Below, piece by piece: positions 13,101-26,094 of a stretch of 43,576 nucleotides of DNA (positions are counted from its first letter, which is position 1; each line of letters begins with the position of its first letter). The position numbers and the translations under genes are program-made. The notes under the pieces are model-generated. The model searched no databases, was not told the origin of the DNA, and saw nothing but the letters and a program-made list of their open reading frames with translations. Source of the stretch: Catajapyx aquilonaris (Eukaryota); NCBI GenBank assembly GCA_000934665.2, contig KZ538280.1, positions 62,001 through 105,576 on the forward strand, written 5' to 3'.

Positions 13101-13830
13101 GTTAACAAGTGCATATAATTGCAATAAAATTTCGATGAGGCTTTGTCCAGTTTGATGGCCTAGCCCTTGTTGCCTTTTTTTTAGTTGATTCTATCCTAGT
13201 ACACTGTAATTATTTATGCAATATTTTATTCGGTGTTGCTAGCACAATCCGCAGATGCCTATCCACCAGCATGCCTCTGACTGGGTAGCCACACAAAAAA
13301 AAGGCTCAAATGGTGGTCAATGATATAGGCCGAGACCTTGATTGGCACGTCCAATTAATTCCTTCGTAAATGGCTGCCGGGCGAAGGGAAGACTAATTAG
13401 TTCCCCCCCTTCATACCCTCCCACCCTGCACCCAACCCATACACAATATACCCAGCAACCCCATCCCACCCTCAGCAACTCATGTATCATCCTTGATCTT
13501 AAGATGAGCATATAGCAAACGGGTTGCGCCTGATATGATAATGATGCAGCAGCAGGGTTGAGTCTGGCAAGCACCTGCCTGCCCCGCATAATCGATCATT
13601 TGGGCTCCCTCAGCCAGGGTCCTGAAGCTGCTACCCGATGCTCGCAGGCTCTCATCTTGCCAGCCATACCCTATACCCGACCGCTATTGACGCTTCTCTC
13701 TCGGGACTCTATTTCGCTCCCCCCCTCCCTCCCCTTTCCCTCCCTACCCTCTCCTCCCTCCCCGCCCTCCACCGCGCAATGACGACTGGGCATGTCAGAA
13801 AAGGGGGAAGGCAGGGATGGGAGGAGAGGG
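10101..13830 (+). repeat. Diverged tandem unit U3 (about 3.7 kb)
   Basis: Anchors vs U1: ttgtgactaa 1230/10800, actgttgc 1263/10840, aagagtgg..aaact.ggaaaaa 1729/11204, ctccagg 4758/12687. Start is uncertain (10060-10200). Confidence 0.6.
13063..13082 (+). repeat. (CT)10 microsatellite preceded by (TG)n and a T-run
   Basis: Direct reading. Confidence 0.95.
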
Positions 13831-14448
13831 GAGAGGTGGATCCATACTTGCTAAGCATGCTCCCAAGGTATCTCTATAAGCCTTTTCCATCATACTAAAA
13901 ATTGTGAATTCCCCGGATTTTGGGGTTGAGAATCCGGCGCAGATGAGGGCGGGACAGGCTTTCTTAGCTCCGCCTTGAAACACTTGTTGCCTCCAACTCC
14001 TTCCAAGGAGGCGTATCTCCTGCCAGAACGCAGCCCGCCCTACACGTCTGCAATGTAAGTTGCCGCCTACCCAGGATAGTATAGCTCAACTTCCCCCACA
14101 GTAGCCCGCTTGTCTCATTTTATAATAACGAAATAAAGTTAAAGTTAAAGTTAAAGGAAAAGGTAGCGGTGTTGCCAAGTGGAGCATGCAGTGTAATGTA
14201 GCATCAGGCAGTATGAGAGCAGAGAAGCGCCGCCGACATCAATGATGCAAAATGATTACTCCCAACTCTGGCTACTAAGCGGTATTGATTCAGTCACCGC
14301 CAACCGGCGTACATACGAACCCTTAAAAAAACACACACAGTCCGTGCCGGGGTTCAGAGAGAGAGGGGGGGAGAGAGGGGGATGGATGGGCAGGGAGGGG
14401 AAGGAGGATGGAGGGGGAGCACACACACAAAATGACGATAACTGCACA

Positions 14449-14497
<49 letters not shown>

Positions 14498-17040
14498 AGT
14501 GTGCTGGCATCAGGAATATGAAAATCGCGTCAAACTGTCCTTACAGCATCCTGCTGCCGGTCCTCACACGCTTTCCAATTTGTACAATCCATTCTTTATC
14601 CCGTTTACCTACCGTGCGCAGGGGTTTGTTTACATTCACAGCCGCGTAATTACGGCCTATACCTTTGCACTAGGTTCGACATTTTTTGCATTACGGCCAT
14701 GGCGGCCGTGATGAAATCTCTGGCTGACGATTATCTATACAACGCACAGCTAGCAGCAGTAGGAGATGTTCAAACAAAACCCTGCACTGTGCCGGTCCAG
14801 CGGGACCTGCCTCACATATACACATGTGTAGTGAATCCTTGCGCATGATTCCATGTTGAGTGAAGCAATGAATGCTAACACTTTGTTTGTACTCGCAGGA
14901 CCCTCGAAAAGGACGCCGGGAAGGAAAAGAGACGAGGCGACGATAAACCCCCACCAACCCCCAGCCCGACCCCTCCCGAGCTCTCCACAAACTAATCAGG
15001 CCAGGTAAGACCTCCCCTTGTCTCTTCATTCTCATGCATGCTCTCAATATTCACGAGCCCCTCAACATTGCATGTCGTTAGTTGCAGCTTGCTAATGCGC
15101 TGCTCACATTACCTCAGAATATTCTCCAATCTAACACTTTGTACACAACATTTAATTTTGTTGTACTATGGGACTCGAATTAGTTTTGGCCGCTTTATCC
15201 TAGTCTTGAAGCAACCCCTCACACACCTTCTCACCGTGGAGCCTGTGCGGAGGGTTGCTTCAAGACCAGCACGATGAAGTAGCCAAAACTAATTGAGCCC
15301 TGTATGACGTAACATTCAAGTTAGATTGGAGTGTACTTTTTTTTTGGTGAATGGTGCCTCTGGGTAGCAACATACCGTTGTGGGCAAGGTTAGAGACGGA
15401 ATGTGACGTAATGCGCCAATTGTTCTAGGGCTGCTCAGTGTTGACGCGGCGCTGTCCGCTTCGCCACGGCTACTTCCTCCTATTATTATTATTATCATTA
15501 TTCACAGTTGGGGATGGTAAGCCTATAAACGAGGCGGCGGATTTTTTGGCTTTCATTTGGGATTAACTGGGCGGGCTTTTCGAGCGGGGAAGGGGAATTA
15601 TGGGCCAGGATTAGTACCGGGTGGGGGTGGAGGGGGCTAGGGATGCTCAGGGTGATGGAGGCTATGTGGTGGGAGGGGGGGGGGGGCAAAAAACAAAAGA
15701 AGCCTGCTTGTGTAGCCTACCCGAATATTGAATGGTACTAGTTGGGTTAACTCTCCCCCCCCTTTTTTTTGGGAGCCCAACAGCACTAGTCATTCTTGAG
15801 GATATGCGTCCCATCCCGCTCGTGTGTATCACCCATTTATCACCAGTGAGTGTGTCTGGCCACTAAAAAACAGTGTGTGAATGCGTGAGTGTGGTGATGC
15901 TGACTCCTAGTTAGCTGCCGGACAGATATGTGCGTTTCCCCGGTCTTATCTGCTGTCACAACTTGTGCCGGCTTACGACACGTCCGCTGCGTGCTTATTA
16001 ATTTCGTGGCAGATAATGGGCTACGATAGGGCACGACAGTCTATAAAACTATCCGGAGTAGGCGGCGCTCAACACTAGGAGCAGCAATTCTTCGTGACGC
16101 CTCCTCCTCCGCATCAGATTGATGGCCCAGATAGGACCCAATCCTTATAATAGGAAACGGAAGCTACCCCCAACACCTTTGCGGCTATTTACTTACGCAC
16201 GAGAGATCTAAATTTACCGACAGGGAAGAAGAATGCCTCCCGTAAAGGGATTCAAGGTTTCTGTGGGGGAGGAACTTTGCGTGTTCATTGCTACTAGGGN
16301 GGGGGGGGGGTGCCTCTTTGTAATTTTAACTTGCACAAACACGTGGTAGCCAGGTTACTATTCCTGATCCTGATTTTTTTGTACTCCTTGGATATGCTAT
16401 CTATCAAGAAAAAGTGGTTAAAATTCTGTATAGCGCCAGTGTTGAATATGAGCTACTTGTGGATTGTTGATTCATACAGTTTTCACCGATTCTCGTGCGG
16501 TGTTGGGTGTGAAAATAACACCGGGTACATAGGAATGTGACGGAAAAAATATTTGTTATTTTAAACTCGCCCGGGGTTTTTTTTTACCAATCCGGATACA
16601 GTGCAGTTGGCCAACGTTATGATGCTACCCTTGAATTTTGATACCGGTCTGTTACTGAAGGAACATTTTAGACAAAAGCAATAAATCGATCTTGAAGGTT
16701 TTCATCTGCAACCAAAGCCTAGCCAGCAGGAATCTATCACTAAATCGAATTGCCGATAAATTATCGGCGCTTCGCCATAGGCAGCTAAGTATGATCAAAA
16801 TTAAAGTTGCATCGCTTTCAGAAGAGAGAGTGGCAGTGACCTAATGAAACCAGCAAAACTGATCATTGCTCCAGATAACACGTCCATGAATGCACAAGTA
16901 GTGTAATCTATAATTACACCTATCAGTGCCGATGAAGTATCGGTTGTGACGACGAGGTTTAGATGCAGCCTATAAGTGACACCGTAATGAACTTTCATCT
17001 GTCAATAACCCGGTCGATGCACCGGCACGACCTACAGGAC
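13831..17040 (+). repeat. Diverged tandem unit U4 (about 3.2 kb)
   Basis: Anchors vs U1: tcctta(a)cagc 880/14538, acaaaa(g)ccctg 1277/14774, gggacctg 1368/14802, aatgaatgc 1406/14867. The 3' part (16025-17040) is colinear with 21880-23030 of U5: cttgcac 16330/22302, ttggata 16388/22359, aactcgc 16564/22609. Confidence 0.6.
14453..14496 (+). repeat. (AG)22 microsatellite
   Basis: Direct reading. Confidence 0.97.
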
Positions 17041-20000
17041 CCAAATATCGTTCCACACATACTCTCCGATCACTCCAGCCTTGTATACAAGAAAACTTCT
17101 ATTACACCGCGGAACTACTTTAGCCGCACTACACATTTCCCCCCCTACAGGCGGATGGATATATCAAGTTGGAGTGATTACCTCCAAAAAATCTTAAACC
17201 CATCTACAAGATTGAAAGTGGGTTGCGTTTTAGCCAGGGACAAAATCGTAGTGGCGCAGTAGGTGCAATGCAACCCCGTCCTATTTATATACACCCCACC
17301 TGGCCATCAAGAGCCCCCGAAAAGGGCGTGTGAGGGAGGCTCCCTTGTCCGCACCTGCTTTTCTTAGCTTCCCAATCGATGAGCACCACCTACATACTCA
17401 TATTCTTCCTAGCTATATCCATGAGCTCCAACAATTTTTTTTTTGTTTATATAAAAAAGCAGCGATAAGCACCATTCTTTTTCATTTCCTTCCCTACTGA
17501 TATCCCCTATCTGGCTAGAGGTCACGTGGTCAGCTGCCTGCCTCCAGAAGATAGCCAGAATCAAATCTCAGCCCTTCCAGTACTGTTCTTTATTTTTTGT
17601 AACACAGATAGCTAGGGGACATCGGCGTCAAGCACTGCTCGTTAGGACAAGATTTGTCTACCAGTATTAGTCTCTTCCTTAACTCAAAAGAGAGGGAGGG
17701 GGGGGGGGGGTTANCGCACTCCCTCTCCCCACCAGCAGTTATATTGTTCCAGATGAATTCCAGCGCATATATCTTGCTCTTGTTGCAAGAGTTGGGGGAG
17801 GGCGGGGAGAATGGGTAGTTCGGTAGAGGGAAGGGGGTGGGTGTGCCGGTTGATGGGGGAATTAAGCGACAGTCCCCTCCCTCCGCCACCGCTGCCATTA
17901 AAATGCCAAGCTGTCGCTCTGAATGTCCCGTTCACACGGAGCATCCTGGGATATGTGGCCTCCTCCCTCCATCGCCCTTTCTCTAAAAGTGTCCGCCTGG
18001 GGGGTGGATGGAGAGGGAGGGAGGGAGGGAGGGAGGGAAAAGGGGGAGTGTGGGGAAGGGAGCGGGAGGGAGGAAAGTGGGAGGCAGGAGAGGGGGGGAT
18101 GTGTGGTGTGGGAGGTGACGTCGCGGTTCGATAACTTGCCAGGTTCCGCATGTGCACGCCAGAGGCGCTGCCCAGTATGTGGGTGTGTGTGTGTGAGAGA
18201 GAGGAGATCCAAAATGAAGGGAGATGTGCAGAACACCTTTGGAAAAAAAAAAATGGGTTTCCAAAAATGTCAGATACGCCTTATTAATCACCCATTTTTC
18301 TTAAGCACCTAATCTGATCGACCTTTTTCTAGATATGAATAATATGACCTTTTCTCTTGCCGCATTACATATAAGAGAGGGGAAACGTATTTTTCCCACG
18401 AGACACGATGGGCGTGTCTCCTGTCTAGAGACAATAGAGTTCTGACGTGATTTCCAGGAGAAAACGTGTCAAGCAAATCAGATCCCAAGAACGTGATCAT
18501 ATACCCCACCCCACCTCTCACACCCCCTCCACCCCCACTGCTCTTTTTATATTTTCCGTCCCCTTCAGTCACCTCTTTTGTCATCCAGCACACAATAGGC
18601 CTACGAGGAAATGGAAGTATTCAAGGCTGAGTCTGGGGAACGTCGCAGTTGTCTCGTAATGAGCGTCGCGTGTCTCTTCCTCCGACATTTCGCCACCTGT
18701 AGACCCCTATGTGCACCTGTATATAACTGCCCTCTATCCCTTTTTGTATAACCCCCAGTACAGTAGAGCAGAGATTTTTCTCCCCTCCTAAAATTGTCAA
18801 TACAGAGGCAGCATCAATGCTCCTCGAATTTCATACGTGCGCTGTGGGGTAGGGGGGGGGGGTGAGGGAGGGAAAAAAAAGCATCCCAGGCAAATATGCA
18901 AACATCGACACGACCCCCTCCGGCATTGTTGTGCCAGTATTATTAAGGCCGAGATTGCAGTGTTGGGAGGATTTATACATGTGTCTGTGTATGTGAGTAT
19001 GCGAGTATGGGCGTTCGTGCATGTCGCGCCGCGTGGAAGGCTGTTGATAGAGTCCTCGATGTGAAAATAATGAGGGAGGAGGGTGGCGGGTAAGTGATAG
19101 GCTGGCCAGTATACAGGGGTGGTGGGGTATGGAGAGTGGGAGGTAGGGGGGGGGTGCACACAGGCGGTGCTTTATGTGACGTCAGCTTTACTAGCACGCG
19201 CCTCCATGCACGACTATGGCCATCGGTCATATTTTATAGCGACATGTTTACTTCACACCCCGCGATGCAAAATGTCGCTTGTATTGATACGCCTTACGAT
19301 ATCAGCAGGTTTCCGGTGTGTGCGCTATCATGCGCAGGTCTGGGTTGTCTACATTGGCCGTCAACTTTTATGCCGGTGTAGGATGTAATGGAGAAGACGA
19401 TTTGCGACAGTGCGGTCTCGTTTGCTCATCAATACCAGTGCCCCTATGGGATGTACTTTCAGGGGATGAACAAGAAAAAGCTCTCAATGCAATTGTGCGA
19501 CTTGCAGGGTGACGGGGATTTTATTCGGTCGCTTTTGAATGACATGGTCTATTGTCCGATGCCCGTTGCGCATCGAGTCTAGTTATTCATAATGCAATGA
19601 TGTCATCTTGCTCGAATGCATGTAACCGCATAAAAGGATCTTTTGAGAACGTATTGTCGAAATATGTTGGCGGTATATGCCATGTTAACTATACTGTAAT
19701 TCTGATGCATATCTTGTAGTCTAATGTCCGTCACTCAATTGTGACCTTTGAACTGGTAATACTGTTAATTTTTAAACAGGTGCTTCTGTTCCTCATTAGC
19801 GATTTTCAGTCTATTTTTCGAGGATATGTTTGAAGTGTATACCTGATTATACGCGTAATAGTTTCCATAAAGAACCGGTGGAGCCTATACTCGTTATTAT
19901 AAGTCAAAGTGCACACAAGTGTACGAGAATGACCAACACCCTCGCTATTTTTAAATTCAGGGACTACCGGTACTGGTATAGTAGAAAATGCATTTTTCAA

Positions 20001-23000
20001 GACCTACGCTATAGAAGCGGAGTCTTTTGGGATATAGAGGGATAGGTGGGTGTGGCGTCAACTGTATACTTACAACTGATATTAATTGTGATTATTTTGC
20101 ATAATTGTAAAACCTATCTTTATATAAATCTGAGGTATAATATTTATGAAATAGCCCCTAAGAATTCGGCAACTTGTGAACCGTAAGAGGCACATAGGTT
20201 ATCTAACGTTCAGGATGAAGCTCAGGGATTTTACTTCGGATAACTTGTTGAATTGCACAGTTTTCAAAATAAAAAAAAGCACATGTCGCCTCTATAAACA
20301 AAGATCCATGCCTCCACATTGCATCATTTTTCTGATAATTTGTATCAACCCATATGAAGGAAAGGGCGTTTTAGATTCTTTCCGAAAAGCATGCTTCAGA
20401 AGTGAATATATAATATATTATACAACTGCCGATTTTATGAAATCCAGCAAATTTTGCTTGGAATAGCATTCGATAGTGTGCATTTTAAAAGAAGTAGCTA
20501 GATTTCAATTTATGTTAGATTAAGATGACGAATTGTATATGCCAAAAAGAAAATGGCAAGATATATGCTTTCACACAACTTCCATACAACTCCGGCTTCC
20601 CATCATACAGGTTGTGCGCAAGTATAAAACTCGTTCATACAGTATGTCTAGTTGGCGTGAATAATCCATCATCTCCACCTGTAACCGGAAATTCAACCTT
20701 GTTGCGCTTCTTTTTCCTCACTCCCTATTTATTATTGGCGACATGCAGCTGCAGCTATTTTAGTGCTTCCGCCAGCTAAAATCCTACTCTATGAGTTTAC
20801 TGTACAATACAGCAAGACAAAAAATACGTCATTACATTTCTTGATATCGTCCTTATAACTGAAGTTCAAAAGAAATGTATTACATATATACCGATATTAA
20901 TAGGAACACACCATATGGTTCTTCGATAATGATATTTTTTTGTTTCGAAAAGTTCATTGACTTAAGAGCACGTATTTTTATGCCATGAAGTTCAAAACTA
21001 TGAAGAACTGACATAATATACAGAAAGATCTGAGTCACAATTTGATCGAAATTAAGTCATCCATTGTGAAATTGCTGCATGTTATATTTGATGATTAAGT
21101 GAGTTTTTTTCTCAAGCCATTACAGTCCTCCAGAAGAATTTGTGAAAGAAAAATCACATTAAAATATAAGTCCTAAAAAAACATTTCGATATCATCGAAT
21201 GCGATCTGATCTTTCTGCGTTTCAGGCCTTAATATTGTTTTTTTGAGAATGTATTTTTATAATAAGAACTTGTCAGTTGATTACTATGCGCCACGTGCGT
21301 CAACAAAGAAAAAAAAACAATCGAGTGACATCTTGGTTCATTTCAATCGCGACACTGACCTACACGAAGGTGAAAATAATCACCTTCAAAGTAACATTGC
21401 ATAACATTACATGCACCACATCTATACACTTGAAGAGTCGTTTTTAGGCTTTACCTTTATGTAAAAATAACATTTTGGCTATCCAGTATTTTGACAAGCT
21501 CAGGAGATTTGAACCGCTTTCATAAACTTCATATGTAGATCTGGGATTACTTCGAAAAACATGGCAGCCCCGCATGTTTTCCTTAACATTCTTTTTGAGC
21601 ATTTACAACAATAACAATGTTACTCAACCCGTTAACATTAAATTACAATAATATTATCTTTATAACTGACTTATATCATTTTTAACATATCGCACATAAC
21701 GGACATGGATTACATAACCTGTACTCAATTAACCATTACTCAACAAATATTATTCCTACTCCACACATGCTGCGCACGACACCCCAATAACATTTTTCAA
21801 CACGTGTTTTTTTTTGTTTTTTTAAATATCCTCAAACTAAATTCGATATGGGGTGTCGAATCTTAGATCCCCCACCCCCTAAAAACGGGCACCCTAAGCA
21901 TACTAAGTTATTTCCCGGGCTCGTCAGGCCGGCTTCTAATCGACCCGCGGTTTGCAGTAATCCGGGTGCCGGCGCTGTGTAGCCGCCGACCAACTAACGA
22001 ACGGAATCAGGCAGCAGCTGGGCGTTGGCTCTCTCTACATCTCCCCCTGTGACGTCACTCCCCCCCCCCCCCTACAGCCTCTTTCCCCCGCAACTAAAAC
22101 CCCCCCCTTTTTCAACCCCTTCCCAAAGTCCGGATGAATTCTGGATGCATTTGGCCGGACTGCATGCACAGAGAGGGACTTTATATGCTGGTGAGGGAGA
22201 GGGAGGGAGGGGGGGGGGTTTGAATTGGCGTGGTTCTAACTTTGGCGGCCACACCCTTTTGTCTTTGAGGGTACCGCTTTTCAGTAACCCAGAGGGAGAG
22301 TCTTGCACGATGTTGGAAACCAACCAGGAGGCCCATAGGACTCTAGAAATATGATCATTTTTGGATAGAATAGATCGATACTGAGCGGGTGGAAAAGTGG
22401 AAAAGAATCTGTGCTGACGTTTCTGCTGCGCATTGGTAAAATATTTCAATCGCCATCCGCACGTAGCTTGGTACGGCTCCAATTTCCTCCAGCACACCCC
22501 CACCCACCCACCCCTGCACATTTTTTTTTTTTGTGCCCGGGTTGGGTTTGGAGGGGGAGAATTGGGGAGGGAGGGGGAAAAAAGAGGGGGAAAGCGGGGG
22601 TGGGAGGGAACTCGCAGTGAATTTTGTGTGCTAACTGAACGTGCCGGGTGCCTGAAACGTGCAATGGCAAGTTCCCCTAAACAGGTTTCATGTTGGACCC
22701 AATTTCGAGTTGGAGATATGCAACGATATATGACGTCTCGTTGAGGGTGAAAAAAAAGGTGGTCTTTGTACTGCCGGTACGCATCATATGTTTCATGCCA
22801 AGTCTAGTTGCGGGCATATCCTTCCTGCATATCGGTTCAGCCTTTGGTTCATACTAAATGCATACAGTTACCTAGAGCTCTTTTTTTTAGGGGGGGGGGG
22901 GGAACTCCAGCAGGCTTTATTGTAAGAGCCCTATTATTGCGGTGCTCAATTGTTCTCAGGATAATTCAACTCTTTTTTTGGGGGGGGGCATATATTCACC

Positions 23001-23030
23001 CCCCCTCTGATCCTGGAAGTTTCCATCCAA
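17041..23030 (+). repeat. Diverged tandem unit U5 (about 6.0 kb, AT-rich middle 19600-21850)
   Basis: Colinear with U6: cttaaaccca 17193/23173, gaattccRgcgca 17755/23938, gacacgat 18402/24363, tcatgcgc 19328/25350, tttactgta..cagcaa 20796/26694, agagcacg..atgccatgaag 20965/27140, actgacataat 21007/27248. Also colinear with U1. Confidence 0.8.
19094..20045 (+). pseudogene. Possible decayed ORF remnant in U5 (product unknown)
   Basis: ORFs 19094-19381 and 19388-19582 share a frame and are split by one TAG. Peptides resemble those at the homologous U6 locus (VEPILVIISQS vs VNPVILLHSKS; a WY-x7-D-x4-S-x3-W register). No family recognised. Confidence 0.25.
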
Positions 23031-24083
23031 TTGATGTCCATCTTAGAGACTTGAACGCCCGAAGACATCCAGATCCCCCCTTCTTAACATCTAGGCCATT
23101 TTAATTTTTCCAAACTATGTAGATCCACAAAATGGCGGTCCATGAACCAACGCCACCCAGCGGATTCGCCAACTTAAACCCAACGCAAAAACCGGGTCCA
23201 GAGAACCTGGCTCCCTCCCCATTTGCAATTACCAGAGCGCCCGAAGAGCAGAGCCGGGCTTCAGTGCCCACCACTGCCGGCTATGTGCTCCCCCCTCATA
23301 CTCCCCCACTTCAACCTTCACGTAGCCATGGCAACACATCCCTCTCTCCCAACTCTCCAACTCTCTTCGTATAGCCCTATTCGATAGTCCACCCAACGCA
23401 GGGCCGACATCTGCCGGTGGAGCGCCACAATCGCGCCGTCACAACACTGACGCTAGCCTCCCCAACCTACAAAAAAAAAAATACAAAATGCGGACTGCCA
23501 TAGCCTAAGCGCCGGTTTGGTATAGAGGGGGGGGGAGGGGGGAGCGACAGGTTTTTTTTTTTATGTGTGTGTTAAAACCAGCCTTTAAACGATAGTCGGG
23601 GCCGCTAACCTGTAATAGCACTATTGGCAGTTGCTTTAACAACAGCAAACTACAAATTTTTTCAGCAGTTATCAGAAAATGTATATAGTTAGGCTGTTTC
23701 CAGGAAAAGTCCAAGGAGAGCGTCCAATGAGACGCGGCAAATCTTAAGCAGCCAACCAAGACGGTTGGGGGGCGGAGCATTTGTGTGGGCGTGCGTTTTA
23801 AGATCCGACCCGATCTTTGCCAGCATCTTGATGTGGTTCTCACCCAATCCTGAGCCATCTAGAACCGGGAGCCAATCCGGACGTTGCATTTCCCCTCCTG
23901 TAGAAACTCCTTGTCCAATCATATACCGGATCTTAAGGAATTCCGGCGCACACTCGGACCGGATTTCTGCGTTTCCGTAGGCGGTGCGATGGTAAAATCG
24001 GGAGGGGGTCTATATTGTGAACGATTAAGTGAGCGGCGTTATGTTAATTAGCCCCCCCCCTCCTATCCCCCCCCCCCCCCCCA

Positions 24084-24209
24084 NNNNNNNNNNNNNNNNN
24101 NNNNNNNNNNNNNNNNNNNNNNNNNNNNNNNNNNNNNNNNNNNNNNNNNNNNNNNNNNNNNNNNNNNNNNNNNNNNNNNNNNNNNNNNNNNNNNNNNNNN
24201 NNNNNNNNN
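24084..24209. other. Assembly gap between a C-run and a G-run
   Basis: N run. Confidence 0.99.
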
Positions 24210-25232
24210 GGGGGGGGGGGAGCGGGAGAGGGGGGGACGCACACTTTGGCTTAAATGTTGCCAGTTAAATTAACAAACATTAATATCCTTTACGGGGTCG
24301 TTAACACTTGGGGACACTAATACGCTATCGATTACCGGTATACCCCCGCTGCTGTCTGACTCGACACGATCAGAAGCAGGGTACAACCCAGGCACAATTT
24401 GCTCATATGTAGGTCAATACGGTAAGTAAATTATGCATATGCGCTTGATCATCACCGATATTCACAACTGAACTGGTGGTGTCAGGTACAACTTATAGGA
24501 GCGCGATACAAAAAAATGTATCACGATCAACGTTTGGCTATAGTCACGTTGAACTCAAATAATTATAAAATAAATCGTCGAATTAGCTAACTCAATCTCC
24601 GTGTAAATACGTACCGGTACTTATAATGTGTTCCACAAATAGGTAGCCGATTACTTTGAAGACCTGAATTGCATAATGATGCCACATTTGGGATGAACGT
24701 TACTTCAGACCGCCATATTTCGATAGCATCATTCTGCAAGTATGATGCTCCTTTACACCAAACATTTTTGGCCAGTAATAATCAAGTACTAGTAATAATT
24801 GGGTGCTCTCCCAATATTCCTTGATTCTATACATTGTGCAGCGGTGTGCGTGCGAAGGGAGCGAGCGAGGGCGGCCATTTTGCATGCGATGCTGAGGGAA
24901 TCTTTGGCGGCGTCTGCAGGCTAGGGGGCAGGGAGCGGAACGAATTTGCGTAGAGGGTGCGGCCGACAGGAGATAGATCCAGCAGAGCTAGGAGGGAGTG
25001 TCCCCCTTTCCCCCCCCCCCCCTTTCACCTATCCGGCGTATTGTGCTCGGGATCCGGTCCTTATTTGGTTGGGCACCGCCTCCCAAGATCTCTCAGCTAG
25101 AAATCCGGTCCAGAGTGGGGGAGGATGGGGTGGTAACGGAGGGATACCGAGGTCGCCATTGTTGTCTCTCCCACATGCCTATACGTGCGTCACCTGACCT
25201 TATTCTTCGGTACAACCTGCTAGTGCTGATGA

Positions 25233-26094
25233 ATGATGATGTATTGCTCAATTTCCACCTTTCTCCTCTCACGTATGCTGATGCTGTGTAGCCTGATGTA
25301 TTATATATGGCTCCTGTGGGTCTTCCCATGCGACCTCTTTTTCGTTTCGTCATGCGCGTCACGGCATCTAGGTTGGGGCGGTACATATCACCTGATCGGA
25401 CTCGTACAGGTGTATAAGAAAGTCAGCAAAATATTATCGGGGTGAGATAAAGATTGGTGCCACCCCGAACTTGATAACAAAATGGTAGGCTTAACCATGC
25501 AATGATAAAAATATGGCAAATATACCGTGTATCTGCATGCACTGGGTAACGACTTGTAAGTATGGCTCCATAAAATCTATTTATTATGTAAGTCAGTGGC
25601 TCTGTATACTATTGCCTGTATATAGGCCTTGTCCTTTTATAAGTTGAACGTAAATGATATGTGGATCAATCATAGCGAATTTCTTGTCATTTGTAGCATT
25701 GGGTACTCCGCCCTATATATAAGTTATTTGGAGAGAGCCATTCATGAGCGGACCATGCACTACGAGTTGTAAATAGTCAAGTGCATATGTGTATACACCT
25801 GAATCATCACAGAGTAATTTAGTGAATCCTGTAATACTCTTACACAGTAAAAGCTAGAACCTGGATATTTGCTGATTGCGTAACTTTTGTTTGCTCCGAG
25901 CGTATAGGATTTTACGTGTGTTTCTGTCGCCGATGACGAAAATTTGTTCAGTACTGGAATATGCTGAATGGAACGACTCTGACTACATAGACAGGTTTCA
26001 CTGGTACTGTACTGTACACAGCAGTAGCGACAATGACCGTGCATCTGACAACATGTGGGTTGACTTGCCCTCACTAATAGGGTACGGTATATAG
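25233..26094 (+). pseudogene. Possible decayed ORF remnant in U6, paralogous to 19094-20045
   Basis: Interrupted frames with peptide similarity to the U5 remnant; multiple stops. Confidence 0.25.
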
